64,000 nt of DNA from Octopus vulgaris (GCA_951406725.2 OX597826.1:10974001-11038000), one strand, 5' to 3'. Counted from the stretch's first letter, positions 26,203-40,264 are shown. The notes: generated from the letters alone by a model not told the origin. Program-made: numbers and translations.

Positions 26203-27289
26203 CTTGGTAGTCTTCAGATTTGCCAGTTCTTGTCAAACCATCCAATCCATGCTGGCATGGAAGGAGGGTCTTCAGTAATGATGATGATTGTGGATATGCT
26301 TAAACATTGATATTTTGCTGATTACTGTGTGAGTGTTAATGTTGACAATTGTTGATATTAGGACCAGTTGCTTTGCACTTTCAAAGATCTGTGTGATATA
26401 AAAATCCTTTACTTGAAAAACAAGTGAGGGTTGACTAAAAGAAGATTGTCTAGCTGTAAAATCCTTCAGAATCTGGCTGTAAAATTGCTTAAGAATCAAT
26501 TCCTATGCTAGCTTGGAAACAAAAGAGGTATTAAGCACATAAATGACTGAAATAGATGTCTCTCACTGGAACTGCACTGCTTCCATCACTCGGTGACTGG
26601 AATCTGTGCGAGTAGAACGCTAAGATCATCATCTGAGTGTGATCATTGCAGAGCAGCTAACTGGCTTCCATGCCGGTGGCACGTAAAAAGCACCATTCGA
26701 GTGTGATCGTTATCAGCGCTGCCTAATTGGCTTTTGTGCCGGTGGCACGTGAAAAAACATTCGAGCGAGGTTGTTACCAGTGCCACTGGACTGTCTCGTG
26801 TGCAGGTGGCACGTAAAAAAAAACACCATTTAAGTGTGGCCATTGCTAGTAGCGCCATGGTATAACATGATCCAGCCCAAATGCTCTGCCTGTTTTATGT
26901 TGAAACTAAGCAGATCTGGTCTCTCACACCTACTCTACAATGTCATTCTAGAAGTAAAAATGTCCTTGAAATCTTGAAGCTGCAAGATAATACATGATTA
27001 GCTGAAAACAATGTGAATAAATAAGTATTACATTTGATATGATAAACTGAATGTTAAAAGGTTAAACAATGAAAATAGCATCCAGTGGTGACCTACTGAC
27101 CTTGTTTCATTCAGTTACAGGACACAGTTCCTTCTCATAAAGGAGACTGCTTGTGTTACACTCCCTCCATGCATGAACAACACACATCTAAGTCACAGAG
27201 TTTATTATAAATGTTAGCTGAGCCTGATAACCTAGGATGACTCCCTCCCCCGACTCCCACATGCATTACATTGCTACTGAAACTGCTTC

Positions 27290-27810
27290 TTAACCCTTTC
27301 GTTACCGTATTTATTTTGAGATGCTCTGTGTTTCTTTTAATTAATTTTAAATTAACAAATTATGGAGATGTACTTGCATAGCAAGTGACTTGATCTGAGA
27401 TCGTGTGCTGGAACGAAAACAATCGCAGCGTGGAAGTTGTTTATAAGCCATTTGAGAAACACACAAAAACCGTTCGATTCACTTCAACATTTAAATTTAA
27501 TTTGTCAAAATATTTTCATCGCTTTGAGACTGCAACCTCAAAGCGACGAAAATATTTTGACAAATTAAATTTAAATGTTGAAGTGAATCAAACAGCTTTT
27601 GTGTGTTTCTTAAATGGCTTATAAACACCTTCCACACTGTAAATTAACAAAGAATTTAGTAAAATAACTTAGTTATCATTAAGCTGGTGTAAGGAACATA
27701 AATTGTGACTAAGTCTTGGTGGATTATTTTAATTCAAAGCTTATGAAAACAAGACATTTATACCACAGAGCCAGAGGCAGTTTCAGTTGGGTTGGTATTG
27801 AAAGGGTTAA
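27290..27810. mobile_element. TTAA MITE interrupted by a 280-bp palindromic insertion
   Basis: Same TIRs as 44311; insert flanked by a TAAATTAACAAA duplication. Confidence 0.8.
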
Positions 27811-30099
27811 AGATTAACTTTCCCATTCATCTCATCCGGTCAGGAAGTACTTCGGTTCTGATCCCTTGCTGGCTTTGGTGAATCTAAAGTGTGATTTACT
27901 TGAGATGGCTTCTCACATATCTCTGCTTTACACACATTTTGAGAGATTTACCTATTTCTTTACTACCCGCAAGGGGCTAAACACAGAGAGGACAGACAAA
28001 CAGATTAAGTTGATTATATCGACCCCGAAAGGATGAAAGGCAAAGTCGACCTCGGTGGAATTTGAACTCAGAACCTAACGGCAGATGAAATACCGCTAAG
28101 CATTTCGCCCGGCGTGCTAACGTTTCTGCCAGCTCGCTGCCCTTTGGACAGATTTACCACGTGGTTAAAACTCATTTAATACAGGGATTTGCAGTTTCTT
28201 TTGATTTTCATTCCCCTTTCATATTTGCCTGACGCCCATGTATATTATATCCTATTTTACTTACAAAAATATTCCCATGTATCTTCCATTTCCATCGCTG
28301 GTAAAGCTTGACAGAAAAGCGCTTAACTGCTCAATCACTCACAAATACGTTAGATTTGAAAATAGAAGAGTTCCTAGGCCCAAAGAGAACACTGCAGTAG
28401 TTCATCTGTTTCTTCGATGACTGGCACCCGTGCCCGTGGGGCGCTAACAGCTCCATCCGAGTGGGTTCACTGCCAGAGCAGCGCTCTGGCTTCTGTGCCA
28501 GTGGCATGTAAAAAGCACCATTTGAGCATGATCTTTACCTGTATTGCCTTACTGGCACTTGTGCTGGTGGCATGGGAACAAAACATTCGAGTGAGGTCAT
28601 TGCCAGTGCCGCTGGACTGACTCCTGTGCAGGTGGCAAGTAAAAAACACTATTTGAGCGTGGCCATTGCCAGTACAGCCAGACTGGCCTTTGTGCCGGTG
28701 GCAAATAAAAGCACCTACTACACTCTCGGAGTGGTTGGCGTTAGGAAGGGCATTCAGCTTTAGAAACTACCAGATCAGTTTGGAGCCTGGTGCAGCCATC
28801 TGGTTCGCCAGTCCTCAGTCAAATCGTCCAACCCATGCTGGAAAGCGGACGTTAAACGATGATGATGATGATGATGATATAAGCACTGATTTATTGACAT
28901 GCTTACTCTACATTTCTCTTTTCCACTGCACCTACAGTACCATTTTAGTAAGAGCAGCAACAATAAAAGAATCTCTCAGCTCACCCAATCCACTTGTTAT
29001 TTTATATAGCAATTACTTAACAATGCCATCATTGGCTATCAGTTTTCAATAAACCAGCCCCTGGTTCACTATAATTGTTTTTGTTATGGCAGCAGTAATG
29101 AAACCATCTGTAAGCAGATAGACTTTGCTCAAAGAATGTTGGTTTTTCACCAATGTTTATGTCCTTCACTATTCAGTGAAAGACGTGCGTGCGCATGCAC
29201 ACACACACACACACACACATACACACACACGGTGTGTCTTGCACAGTTTCTGTTGATCAAATTCCACTTACAGATTATTGGTCGACTCAAAGCTATGTAA
29301 AATCCCTTAAATACAGCACAGTAGGCTTTAACCTGGAATCACACAGCCATACCTGTGACCGACCACGTCTCTTCTGTTGTTGTGCCTGCTGTCTCTCATC
29401 CCTCAGACTAACACTTCAAACTCCTTCAACTTTACAACTGAAGTTTCTGGAATCCTTTCCTGTTTAGAAGTTGAAGCTGAATACTGACTTCATTCTAACC
29501 AGTGTGGAAAGGCCAGAAAAAGTCTTTGCCATTGCTCTTCTTCCTCAGACAAAATAATAACATGCAGGGTACACTAGGTAATCAAGAACATAAAATGCAG
29601 GGAAAAATAATCCCACCACACATAAAAATAGCGTACTCCCAGAAAAACCACATATTTAACTAAATACGTCAAAGACAGTCCCTTCAAGGAAATCAACCCT
29701 CAATTTCAGTGGCAACCATGGAAACAACTGCATATCAAGGTCAGGTAGACTTTGTTCATCCTGGCAATCTCTAACCAGTCCTTGGCACCATTGGACACTC
29801 TGGCCAGTCCCCTAGATGCAACAGTGTAGGAAGTTTAATTTAAGGAGGTAGAGGCTTCTATACATAGTAGTGAAAATTCTTGGCCTTGTATTACTCCTTG
29901 TCATGAGGGTCATGGTAACTTGGAAAACAGAGATGGTAAACTAAAGAATGAATGAGATAGAAATCTCACATCAGAGCTGCACTTCTTACATAAGCAAACT
30001 CCTTGAAAATTGCATCCAATGGTGGTATGCTGACAGAGCTTCATTCTGCACAAAGGCACACTTGTTTCACATAAACACTACTTGTATTACAGGGAGTAG

Positions 30100-30500
30100 A
30101 ATTCATAGCTTCCCCCTTGGTCTAGCACTCCAGCACAATGTTCAATAGCTTAATGCAAGTGAAGACATTAATTTTGAGGGCCTGCAATAAGAAATAAGGT
30201 GGTATAACATGATCCTTGTTACAAGTCCCAGAATTATCAGAAATAACAGGAAAATAATGTGCATTACTGTTGACATCCTCTAAAGGTTTATGCAGAGCCA
30301 GTTGTCACCCTTTCTGTTAACCTTCTGGTCCTGGTTCAAGTTCTTTTCATTGGAGTTTCTCAGGGTGCTTAAGCTTCTGTTGGAGCATGCAGTTCTCACA
30401 GGTCTTGTTAGACACAAATAGTTCTCTCCTTAGGCAGGACTTATTTGTACATGAGCCCTTTGAGCATCAAATGTCTGATAGTGGCCTCTGCTGTTTTGAA
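30100..30500 (-). mobile_element. Decayed Tc1/mariner (maT/DD37D-like) transposase fragment
   Basis: Reading across frameshifts gives KNLNQDQKVNRK.D.WL and ILGLV.NKDHVIPPYF..QALKIN. Confidence 0.65.
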
Positions 30501-30502
30501 GT

Positions 30503-30546
<44 letters not shown>

Positions 30547-30552
<6 letters not shown>

Positions 30553-31020
30553 CGAAATCAAATTCGATGACTGGCATCCGTGCTAGTGGAAAGCTAAGAG
30601 CACCATCTGAGCGTAATCGTTGCCAGAGCAGCTAACTGACTTCTGTGCTGGTGGCACGTAAAAAGCACCATTTGAGCGTGATCATTACCAGCGCTGCCTT
30701 ACTGGCACTTGTGCTGGTGCATGTGAAAAAATATTCGAGCGAGGTTGTTGCCAGTGTCACTAGACTGGCTCCTGTGCAGGTGGCACGTAAAAAACACCAT
30801 TTGAGTGTGGCCATTGCCATTACCGCCAGACTGGCCCTCGTACCGGTGGCATGTAAGAGCACGTATTACACTCTCGGAGGGGTTGACATTAGGAAGAAAC
30901 TCCGCCAGATCAGATTGGAGCCTGGTGTAGCCATCTGGTTTGCCAGTCCTCAGTCAAATCGTCCAACCCATGCTAGCATGGAAAGCAGACGTTAAATGAT
31001 GATGATGATGATGATGATAT
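30547..31020 (+). mobile_element. Family E retroposon with an internal 5 x ~65 nt array and (GAT)n tail
   Basis: Copies at 26590-26858(+), 28416-28880(+), 34730-35212(-), 36040-36528(+), 58797-59282(-); tail-only copies at 51908-52025 and 54410-54640. Confidence 0.85.
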
Positions 31021-32002
31021 ATATATATATATTATACACTTTCCATAGGCATGGCTTTTGTATTTCAGTTTGTTCCATGACTACATGGCTTTTGGTTTAA
31101 TCCTGCTGAGTGGCACCATGAACAAGTATCTTCTATTCTAGCTTCATGTTCGGCAATACTTAATGAATGCTGTTTAATAAATAAAACTGTGCAGAGGCCC
31201 GTCGTGTGTGTGTGTGTGTGTGTTTCATTGATATAACACTAGTTGAATAATTGGTATTGTGTCGAAAGAAACTAAATTACTTGATAAAATATAAACCAAG
31301 ATAAGCACCAGACTGAATTAGGTACCGGGGTTGGTATAACCGACTAAAATACTTTGAAGTTAGTGCTCCAACATGGCCACAGTCAATGATTAAAACTAGG
31401 AAAAGAGTATCATCATCATCATGAGCATTCATGTTTTACAGGCTCTTGTACAGATCCTTATTACAGTGACATCCACTTACCCTTAATTGAGTATTATCTA
31501 GAGTATGCACATCCATAGTGCAACTTGCTTCCCCCACTCACCTCCATTTTGTTATCTTGTGTGCAGGTCTGTAACATAGCATGTCTACCCCATCCTCCAC
31601 AATCCTGTCTTATCTGGTTTGTGAAGACACACATCCTTAAATATAACCAAACATAACCCTAAGTCTTGATTTTCCTTTGCTCTGTTAATGTGTCTCAATC
31701 TTTCTCACGGTACTCCATCACATTATAAGTGCTCTCCTCCTGTGCCCTTTTATCAAGGACTAATCACTTTTAACTTTTACACTACGACCCATCCAACAGG
31801 TTACGCTTGTTTCTTTCCAGCCTTTGATAATACTCTTCGTTTAATACTCGTGGCTGTGCATTACAACCACATGATTTCCAGTTCAGTCCCACTGTGTGGC
31901 ATCTTTAGTAGCATGTGTGTTCTACATAACCTCCAGGCCAACTAAAGGCCTTATGAGTGGATTTGTTAGATGGTAACTAAAATAAACCTGTCCTATGTAT
32001 AG

Positions 32003-32158
32003 CACAAGTGTGGCTGTGTGGTAACAAGCTTGCTTCCCAACCACATAGTTCCAGGTTCAGTCCCATTATGTGGCACCCCAGACAAGTGTCTTCTACTATA
32101 GCCTCAGGCCAACCAAAGCCTTGTGAGTGGATTTGATAAATGGAAGCTGAAAGAAGTC

Positions 32159-32204
<46 letters not shown>

Positions 32205-32420
32205 GTGTGTGTTTTAGTGTCAGCGTTTGTCCCCCCTACTTGATAACTGGTGTTGGTGTGTTTACGTCCCTGTAACTTAGCAATTTGGCAAAAACCAATA
32301 GAATAAGTACCAGGCTTAAAGAAAAAGGTAAAAAATAAATGCTGGGGTTGATTCAACTAAAATTTCTTCAGGGCGGTGCCCCAGCATGGCCGCAGCCTAT
32401 GGACCGAAACAAGTAAAAGA
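32003..32420 (+). mobile_element. SINE family A
   Basis: Family consensus match. Confidence 0.85.
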
Positions 32421-32426
32421 TAATGT

Positions 32427-32643
32427 ATGCAAAGAGGTGCTGAAAAGTTTCTGAGTTTAGGTAAAAGAAAATACAGGAGGATCAGTTAATTATGATTCTA
32501 TCCAACCCCCTCTCAGATTCGCACACTTATTGCAGCGGTCCTTCAGTTTTTCTAAGCCCTGTAAAAGAACACGGAGGGTTGGGCCTCCAATAAGGCCTTC
32601 TGTGACACCCTTAAAACAAAGAACTTTTCAGCACCCCCTCGTG
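32427..32643. mobile_element. Mariner-derived MITE (partial inverted copy at ~5710-5885)
   Basis: Terminal inverted repeats GAGGTGCTGAAAAGTT / AACTTTTCAGCACCCCCTC. Confidence 0.7.
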
Positions 32644-33366
32644 TGTGTATCAGTGTGTGTCTCCTTGTCTTGACAACATGCATGTCACCATAATACAAGC
32701 ATCCTTTCTTTCCAATCTTCTGTTAAACAAGTGTGGACGTATGGCAACAAAGAAATGTTACCATGCTTGGAAATAGAAACTCTGTTGAGCCAACAAAAAA
32801 TCCCCAGTGTGGTTGTTTGGCTTGCTAGAAATAGCACCCAAATCTCCCTCTCCCACAAATCACACTTGATAATTTATTAAAAGAAAATAAAAATACTTTG
32901 GATATACAGTCTTAAAGAATAAGTGAGATAGTCATGTTTGGAACGTCTTTTAACTTAGACCTGCTTGGTTATTGTTGACCTGGGTCCAGTCAATAACAGC
33001 AGCTTAGTCTTGTGTGTTGAGCCAAAAGAGTTGTCATTGAGTTGCTTGATAATGCTGAGATGGTCACTACTGGGATGTCTTTGATCTTAGTCATACTTGA
33101 CCTGGAGCTAAACAACTATCTCGTGCATGTGTGTGTGTGTACAATAATTTGTTGCTAGTGATATATAAGTAAAAAAATAAATGAAAGATGTTCTGGCATG
33201 TCACCTGAGTTTAGTATTTACCTGGCTATTGTATTCATGTCAGCTTAACACACTTAAATGATGTTGCAAGTTCAGGATTAGTGGTTGCAGGGCCCCCTCC
33301 TGCTTAAAGGAGGATTAAAAAGTTTTTTGTTAATACTTTCTTTAGATAGTTGTGAGATGAACTTTA

Positions 33367-34089
33367 TAGGCACAGGAGTGGCTGTGTGGTAAGTAGATTG
33401 CTTGCCAACCACATGGTTCGAGGTTCAGTCTGTGGCACCTTGGACAAGTGTCTTCTATAGCCTTGGCCGACCAAAGCCTTGTGAGTGGATTTGGTAGATG
33501 GAAACTGAAAGAAGCTCATCGTATATATATATATGTATGTGTGTGTGTGTGTCTGTTTTTGTCCCCCAACATTGCTTGACAACTGATGCTGTTGTGTTTA
33601 CATTCCCGTAACTTAGCGGTTCGGCAAAAAGAGACCGATAGAATAAGTACTAGGCTTACAAAGAATAAGTCCTGGGGTCGATTTGCTCGATCGACTAAAG
33701 GTGGTGCTCCAGCATGGCCACAGTCAAATGACTGAAACAAGTAAAAGAGAGTAAAAAGAGACAAATAGATTGTTTAACTTTCTAGCACTCAGATTATCCT
33801 GTCACGTATAAAGCTTATATATTCTCATTGTTTTGAATTAATCATACATTATCTTGTAGCTTTGAGATTCTGATGATGCATTTACTCTTTTATTTGTTTC
33901 AGTCATTTGACTGCAGCCATGCTGGAGCACCGTCTTTGGTCGAGCAAATCGACCCCAGGACTTATTCTTTGTAAGCCCAGTACTTATTCTATCGGTCTCT
34001 TTTGCCAAACCGCTAAATGACGGGGACGTAAACACACCAGCATCGGTTGTCAAGCAATGCTAGGGGGACAAACACAGACACACAAACAT

Positions 34090-34131
<42 letters not shown>

Positions 34132-34287
34132 GGCTTCTTTCAGTTTCCGTCTACCAAATCCACTCAAGGCTTTGGTCGGCCTGAGGCAATAGTAGAAGAC
34201 ACTTGCACAAGGTGCCACGCAGTGGGACTGAACCCGGAACCATGTGGTTGGTAAACAAGCTACTTACCACACAGCCACTCCTGCACC
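33367..34287. mobile_element. Inverted pair of SINE A copies (33367-33760 +, 33881-34287 -)
   Basis: Family consensus match on both strands. Confidence 0.9.
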
Positions 34288-35296
34288 TAAACTATTTGTT
34301 TACTTTTAGAATGACATTGCAGGGTGGTTGTGAGAGGCCTGATCCAGTTAGTTTGAACATAAACAGGTAGAATATTTGGGTATGATATGGGTGGTTTGAA
34401 TGGTAAAAGGTTAACCAATTTCATTTAGAAAATTTGGTTAGACTTGAGAGCAATGATAGAAGATATTTGCCCATAGTGCCATGTGTTGAGGGTCTCAAGC
34501 CTAGAACTATGTAAAGAAAACTTGTGAACCAAATAGCCATACCCTTTGGTTTATAATGGATGTGCAATAAAATAGAAAATGTTGGCATATAAATAAATTA
34601 AAATAAAGCATCTGAAAAAAATCCACTTTCTCTGCTGATTGTGTTTCTAATCAAAAATTGTAATCTTTATTAATGATGAAGCTTGAAGCAAATTCAGTTA
34701 TAAATATGCATTCTGTATTGTTTCAGGTCATATCATCATCATTATCATCGTTTAACGTCCGCTTTCCATGCTAGCATGGGTTGGACGATTTGACTGAGGT
34801 CTGGCGAGCCAGATGGCTGCACCAGACTCCAGACTGATTTGGCAGAGTTTCTACAGCTGGATGCCCTTCCTAACGCCAACCACTCCGAGAGTGTAGTGGG
34901 TACTTTTACATGCCACCGGCACGAGGGCCAGTCAAATGGTACTGGCAATGGCCATGCTCAAGGAGCCAGTACAGTAGCACTGGCAACGACCTCGCTTGAA
35001 TGTTTTTTCATGTGCCACCAGCACAAGTGCCAGTAAGGTGTCGCAGGTAACAATCACGCTCGAATGGTGCTTTTTACATGCCACTGGGACAGAGGCCAGT
35101 TTGTTGCTCTGGCAACGATCTCACTTCGTATGGTATTCTTAGCACTCCACTAGCACGGATGCCAGTTATTGAATTTGATTTCGATTTCACTTGCCTCAAC
35201 AGGTCTTCGCAATATTTATTTTTATGTATTTGACTGAATCTCTGAAGGGTTTTGTGTATATATGTACATGCATACATACATATATACATATATATG

Positions 35297-35327
<31 letters not shown>

Positions 35328-35597
35328 GAATTACACGGATATGTTGTATGTGGAGTCATATTTGTAGGAAATAGAAATAAACAGTCTTTGACTGCTATTT
35401 CTGATTTTTCAGTATGTGGCTAAGTATACCGATAATGGTTATATTTACATACTGAAATCTATCTGAAAATAATTGTTGGTTTTCTAAAATTGATAATTAT
35501 TTACCCTTATATAATTAATAATGTATGTATATATATATATGTGTGTGTATGTATGTATATGTGTGTGTGTGTATGTATAAATGTGTGTGTGTGTATG

Positions 35598-35630
<33 letters not shown>

Positions 35631-35799
35631 GGCTGTGACAAACCTCTTCCCAATACCCCCACCTTCCCCACCTATACTCGCCATTGGCTATATTCCCTTC
35701 CATCTCCTTATCTCCATTGTTTGTCCCTCAACAGATCTCCCTAGTAACCGCTACCCACTCCTTAACTACACAACTATGTTTGAGCTTGTAAGTGTTTCT

Positions 35800-36680
35800 T
35801 ATCTTTTACCTTTTACTTGTTTCAGTCACTGGACTGCGGCCATGCTGGGGCACTGCCTTGATGAATTTAGTCTAGCAAATCGATCCCAGTATTTATTTTC
35901 CTTAATTCTGGTATTTAATCATGCTCTTTTGCTGAACTGCTAAGTTATAGGGACATCAATAAACCAACACCAGTTGTCAAGTAAGTGGTGGTGGGGGACA
36001 AACAGAGAAACAAAGACACATACACACACATATATACATGACTGAGACCTTTGGAGATATGCTGTGACTGAGAAGACCCGGCAAGTAAAGTGGGATCACA
36101 GCCATAGCCTATACCAGTGTCACATTACCCAGCCCATTTAAAAGTACCTTTGAATCATCGGGCGATGCAGTGTTTAAGAAGACTTAATGAGTCAAGTAAA
36201 ATCAAATCAAGATTGAAATCAAAATGGAAATTGTAGTTGTGGCTGATGCCAGTGTCGCCTGACTGGGTCCCCGTGCTGGTGGCACGTAAAAAGCACCATC
36301 TGAATGTGGCTGATGCCAGGTGCCCTCTCCCGACTCCTGTGCTGGTAGCACATAAAAAGTACCTGCTACACTCTTGGAGTGGTTGGCATTAGGAAAGGAA
36401 TCCAGCTGTAGAAACCTTGCCAGGTCAAATTGGAGTCTTGTGTAGCCTACAAGCTTGCCAGTCCTTAGTCAAACTGTCCAACCCATGCCAGCATGGAAAA
36501 CGGACGTTAAATGATGATGATGATAATGTTTCTTTTAGTTTCTGTTTATCAAATCCACTCACAAGGTTTTGGTCAGTCTGAGACTATGATAGAAGACAGT
36601 TGCCCAAAGTGCTACACAGTGGGTCTGAACCCAGGACCATGTGGTTAAGAAGCAAACCCTTTATCACACACCCTGGCCTG
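35800..36680 (-). mobile_element. SINE A with nested family-E retroposon (36040-36528, +)
   Basis: SINE halves flank the insert. Confidence 0.75.
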
Positions 36681-38852
36681 TACCTTGTCAGATATTTTTC
36701 TCATTCAATTCACACTAAGCATTACCCTTCTCTTGGGTCTTACTCAAAAACATTCTTCAACTGACATTGTTTTAAAAGATAATTCAATACTTTTACTGGA
36801 TTCTTGTTGATTTTTCATAGAGATTCAATTGTCATTTAATTCTTCATCTGTAACTGAAGATTCTTTGACTCCCAGATATTGAATATCTCATATTGGCACT
36901 GGTTAAATGGTGAGACTATGGTACAACAAAGTTTCAGATGAACTTTGACTGCAACATCTGAAAGTACTTCACCATTCTCATGTTGCTGTAGTACTTAGCA
37001 AAGGTTCAAATATCAAATTTTCTTGTTTGAGTTTCTCTTTGAAAGAAGGAAAAAAAAAAAAAAGATTCAAACAAAACAGGAAACACTACACTAGTGACTC
37101 CTAGGTGACCTAATTAATAATGAAGTAAGATGTTCTGGAAGCATAATTAATTAGAGTAAGAACCCTCATCATTATTTTGAGTCCATGTCCCATGCTGGTA
37201 TGGGTTGACTGTTTTGACAGGATCTGATGGGGGCCGAGGACTGGATTGTGCTCCAGTGACTGCTCTACTTCAGCATGGTATCTAATGCCAACCACTTCAA
37301 AGTGCACTGGATCCTTTCCTTTTTGTGTCACCAGCACTAATTGAGGTCGCCATGCAGCTTGTATAATTAAAGATCGACATTCTGTCAGTTATGACGATGA
37401 GGGTTCTGGCTGATCCAATCAGTGGACAGCCTGCTCATGAAATTACCATGCAAGTGGCTGAGTACTCCACAGACTCACGTACCCTTAACACAGTTCTGAA
37501 GGAGAATCAGCATGATACAGGAATGTGACAAGGTTGACTCTTTCAAATATAGGTACTGCTCCATCTTGCCAGCTGATTCAACTGGAACAGCATGAAATAA
37601 AGTGTTTTGCTCAAGGATACAATGTGTTGCCGGGAATTGAACTCACAACCTTACAATTGTGAGCCAAATACCCTAACCACTAAACCATGTGAATTTGTAA
37701 AACTATAAACTTCAAGTGGCAATGGGGAAGGGGAACTTCATACTAGGAGGATAAGGTAAAGTAAGTTACCCTCCCGAGTCATGCCAACTTATAAGGGCTG
37801 GTTTCCTTGGTAATATACATTCCCCACCTGGACAGGGTGCTGTTCCGTTGCAGGATTCCCCACTTTTGTCGGCTGAGTAAACTAGCAGGGGGTCACATAG
37901 GTTGTGGGCTCATTTGAAGGAGGGGAAGGGTCAGACTGGAGTTGCCGGAAGGCTCAGAGAATGGTGCATTGGAGAGGTAGGGTGGAGGGGTGGTAGGTGA
38001 GGGAAACAAGAGACAGGTGACGGCGGGGTGGGTGCGGGGAGAGAGAGCAGAAGTACGGTTGATGGTACGTGCTCTGGCAAGGGCGGTGTGGATAGTGGTG
38101 TCTTTCCCAGAACCATCCACATGTAACTCCTATGTTTTCTGCTCGCCTCTCTTCTTTCTATAACCATTTAGCATTTAAACCAGCCCATATCTCACACAAT
38201 TATTATTCTTGTTTTATGTTCAAACCTGCCACATCTAGCTTCTCCCCTATCCTATAATGTCATTCTAAAAATAAACAATTACATCAGAACCTTGAAGCTA
38301 CAAGGTAATGCATAATTAATTCTAAAGAACTTGAATAACTATGCATTACAGTTAGCAGAGTAATCTGAATAGAGTTAAGCTTCCTGCAATAACCAACTTC
38401 CATTGATGTCACACATGTCAAAGCAAAAAAAAAAAGTCATTAAATTCTTTATATACACATAAGGGTATATCAGTTTTTAGAATAAGTACACTGTACTCCT
38501 GTGTGTTGTGAGAAGGAACTAAACTGGTTCGTATCAAGAAGGGTGTCTGACTATAGATCACTGTCTCGAAAAAGTGCCATCTGACTTTTACCAGCATGGA
38601 AAAGTGGATAGAAAAATGCATGGTGATTACATATCTTTTACATCATTAAGATACCACACAAAAGATAAGTTTCCCCGTTCACAAAAATACTTCCTCTCTG
38701 GAAATATGATAACTCTGTCTTAATGCCGTATTGCATTGCTTGTCTTTATGTCGTGTATCGTTGACTAAATCAACTTGCAAGAAGAGCTAGCCCTCCACTC
38801 TATATGCTGTACATACCCATAGGAACAACTGACCTCAAGTTTATCAACAAAA

Positions 38853-39280
38853 TAGGCGCAGGAGCGGCTGTGTGGTAAGTAGCTTGCTAGCCAACCACAT
38901 GATTCCGAGTTCAGTCCCACTGCGTGGCATCTTGGGCAAGTGTCTTCTGCTATAGCCCCGGGCTGACCAATGCCTTGTGAGTGGATTTGGTAGATGGAAA
39001 CTGAAAGAAGCCTGTCGTATATATGCATATATATATATATATATATGTGTGTGTGTTTGTGTGTCTGTGTGTGTTTGTGTGTCTGTGTTTGTCTCCCTAG
39101 CATTGCTTGACAACCGATGCTGGTGTGTTTACGTCCCCGTCACTTAGTGGTCTGGCAAAAGAGACCGATAGAATAAGTACTGGGCTTACAAGGAATAAGT
39201 CCCGGGGTCGATTTGCTCGATTAAAGGTGGTGCTCCAGCATGGCCGCAGTCAAATGACTGAAACGAGTAAAAGAGTAAAA
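38853..39280 (+). mobile_element. SINE family A
   Basis: Family consensus match. Confidence 0.9.
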
Positions 39281-40264
39281 CACTTTTGTAAATAAATATA
39301 AGCAGTCTAAAGGTTAAGTAGACGGGATTAGGTTGTTATAGAGAAGAAAGAGTTAAATAACCTTTTGGTTCTGGGTGTGATACAGACCTGCAGACCTCTT
39401 GATTGGTTGTTAAGTTTTTTGTCAGACTAATCATTTACATTCACAATTTATCCAAACAAAGCTCAAATTCGCTTTATGCAGAGTACCCGTCCCACTAACA
39501 GCCACTGGGTATAGAAATAGTATTGTTTGTTTCCTTGATGTGCGTAAGTACTGGTGTTTTGATGGTGTCTCGACTGAGACCGTGCAGATTTCATGAGCTG
39601 TCTTAAGGTTGCATGTGAGGGCATCTTGTGCATGCAAGATTAGAGAGGAATGAAGTGTGTGTGTGTGATTAGAAGTAACAGGATTAGACCATTAAAGAAG
39701 AGAAGAGTGTAAGCAAAATACAAGGTGACAGAGCACATGAGTGTTAATACAATGTGGGTCAAAAAGACCACATGGATGCCATCTGCTGATGGTGCTGCTG
39801 CTGTTGCAGTTGAGCGAACGTCTTCGTCCCAGAGCTCGCAAGATGGGAGAAGTCCAAAACGTGGTCCTTTGCTATTCGTAAGACCCGCAGAAGAGAAAGC
39901 AGGTCAACCCCCGACACCGAGAGCATCAACGGATGGATGAATGCGCATCCAGGCTCAGTGGTTGCGTAGGAAGTCGGGGACAAGAAACAGGAAGAAAGAG
40001 TGAGAGAAAGTTGGGGTGAAAGAGTACAACAGGGGTCGCCACGAACACCTGCTGGAGCCTCGTGGCGCTTTAGGTGTTTTTGCTCAATATAGCCTCAAGC
40101 TGACCAAAATCATAAATCTGTGAATAGGTAAATGTTACTGTAATTGTTTAGCTCCAGGTGAGCTCTCAACTAGCAGACTTAGGATCAAAGGGTGTTCCAT
40201 CCATAACCATCCTTATCATTTTAGAAGTAGTTCTCACACATACTCCATCTAAGATTATTCTGTT

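Noticed and set aside
30567-30870. CRISPR-like repeat/spacer periodicity (GGTGGCACGTAAAAAGCACC every ~65 nt)
   Set aside because: The intervening segments are homologous to each other and in the same order across dispersed copies; eukaryotic context with no cas genes.
37915-38100. G-rich tract and proline-rich ORFs
   Set aside because: No splice context or homology; probably a TE relic or low-complexity sequence.
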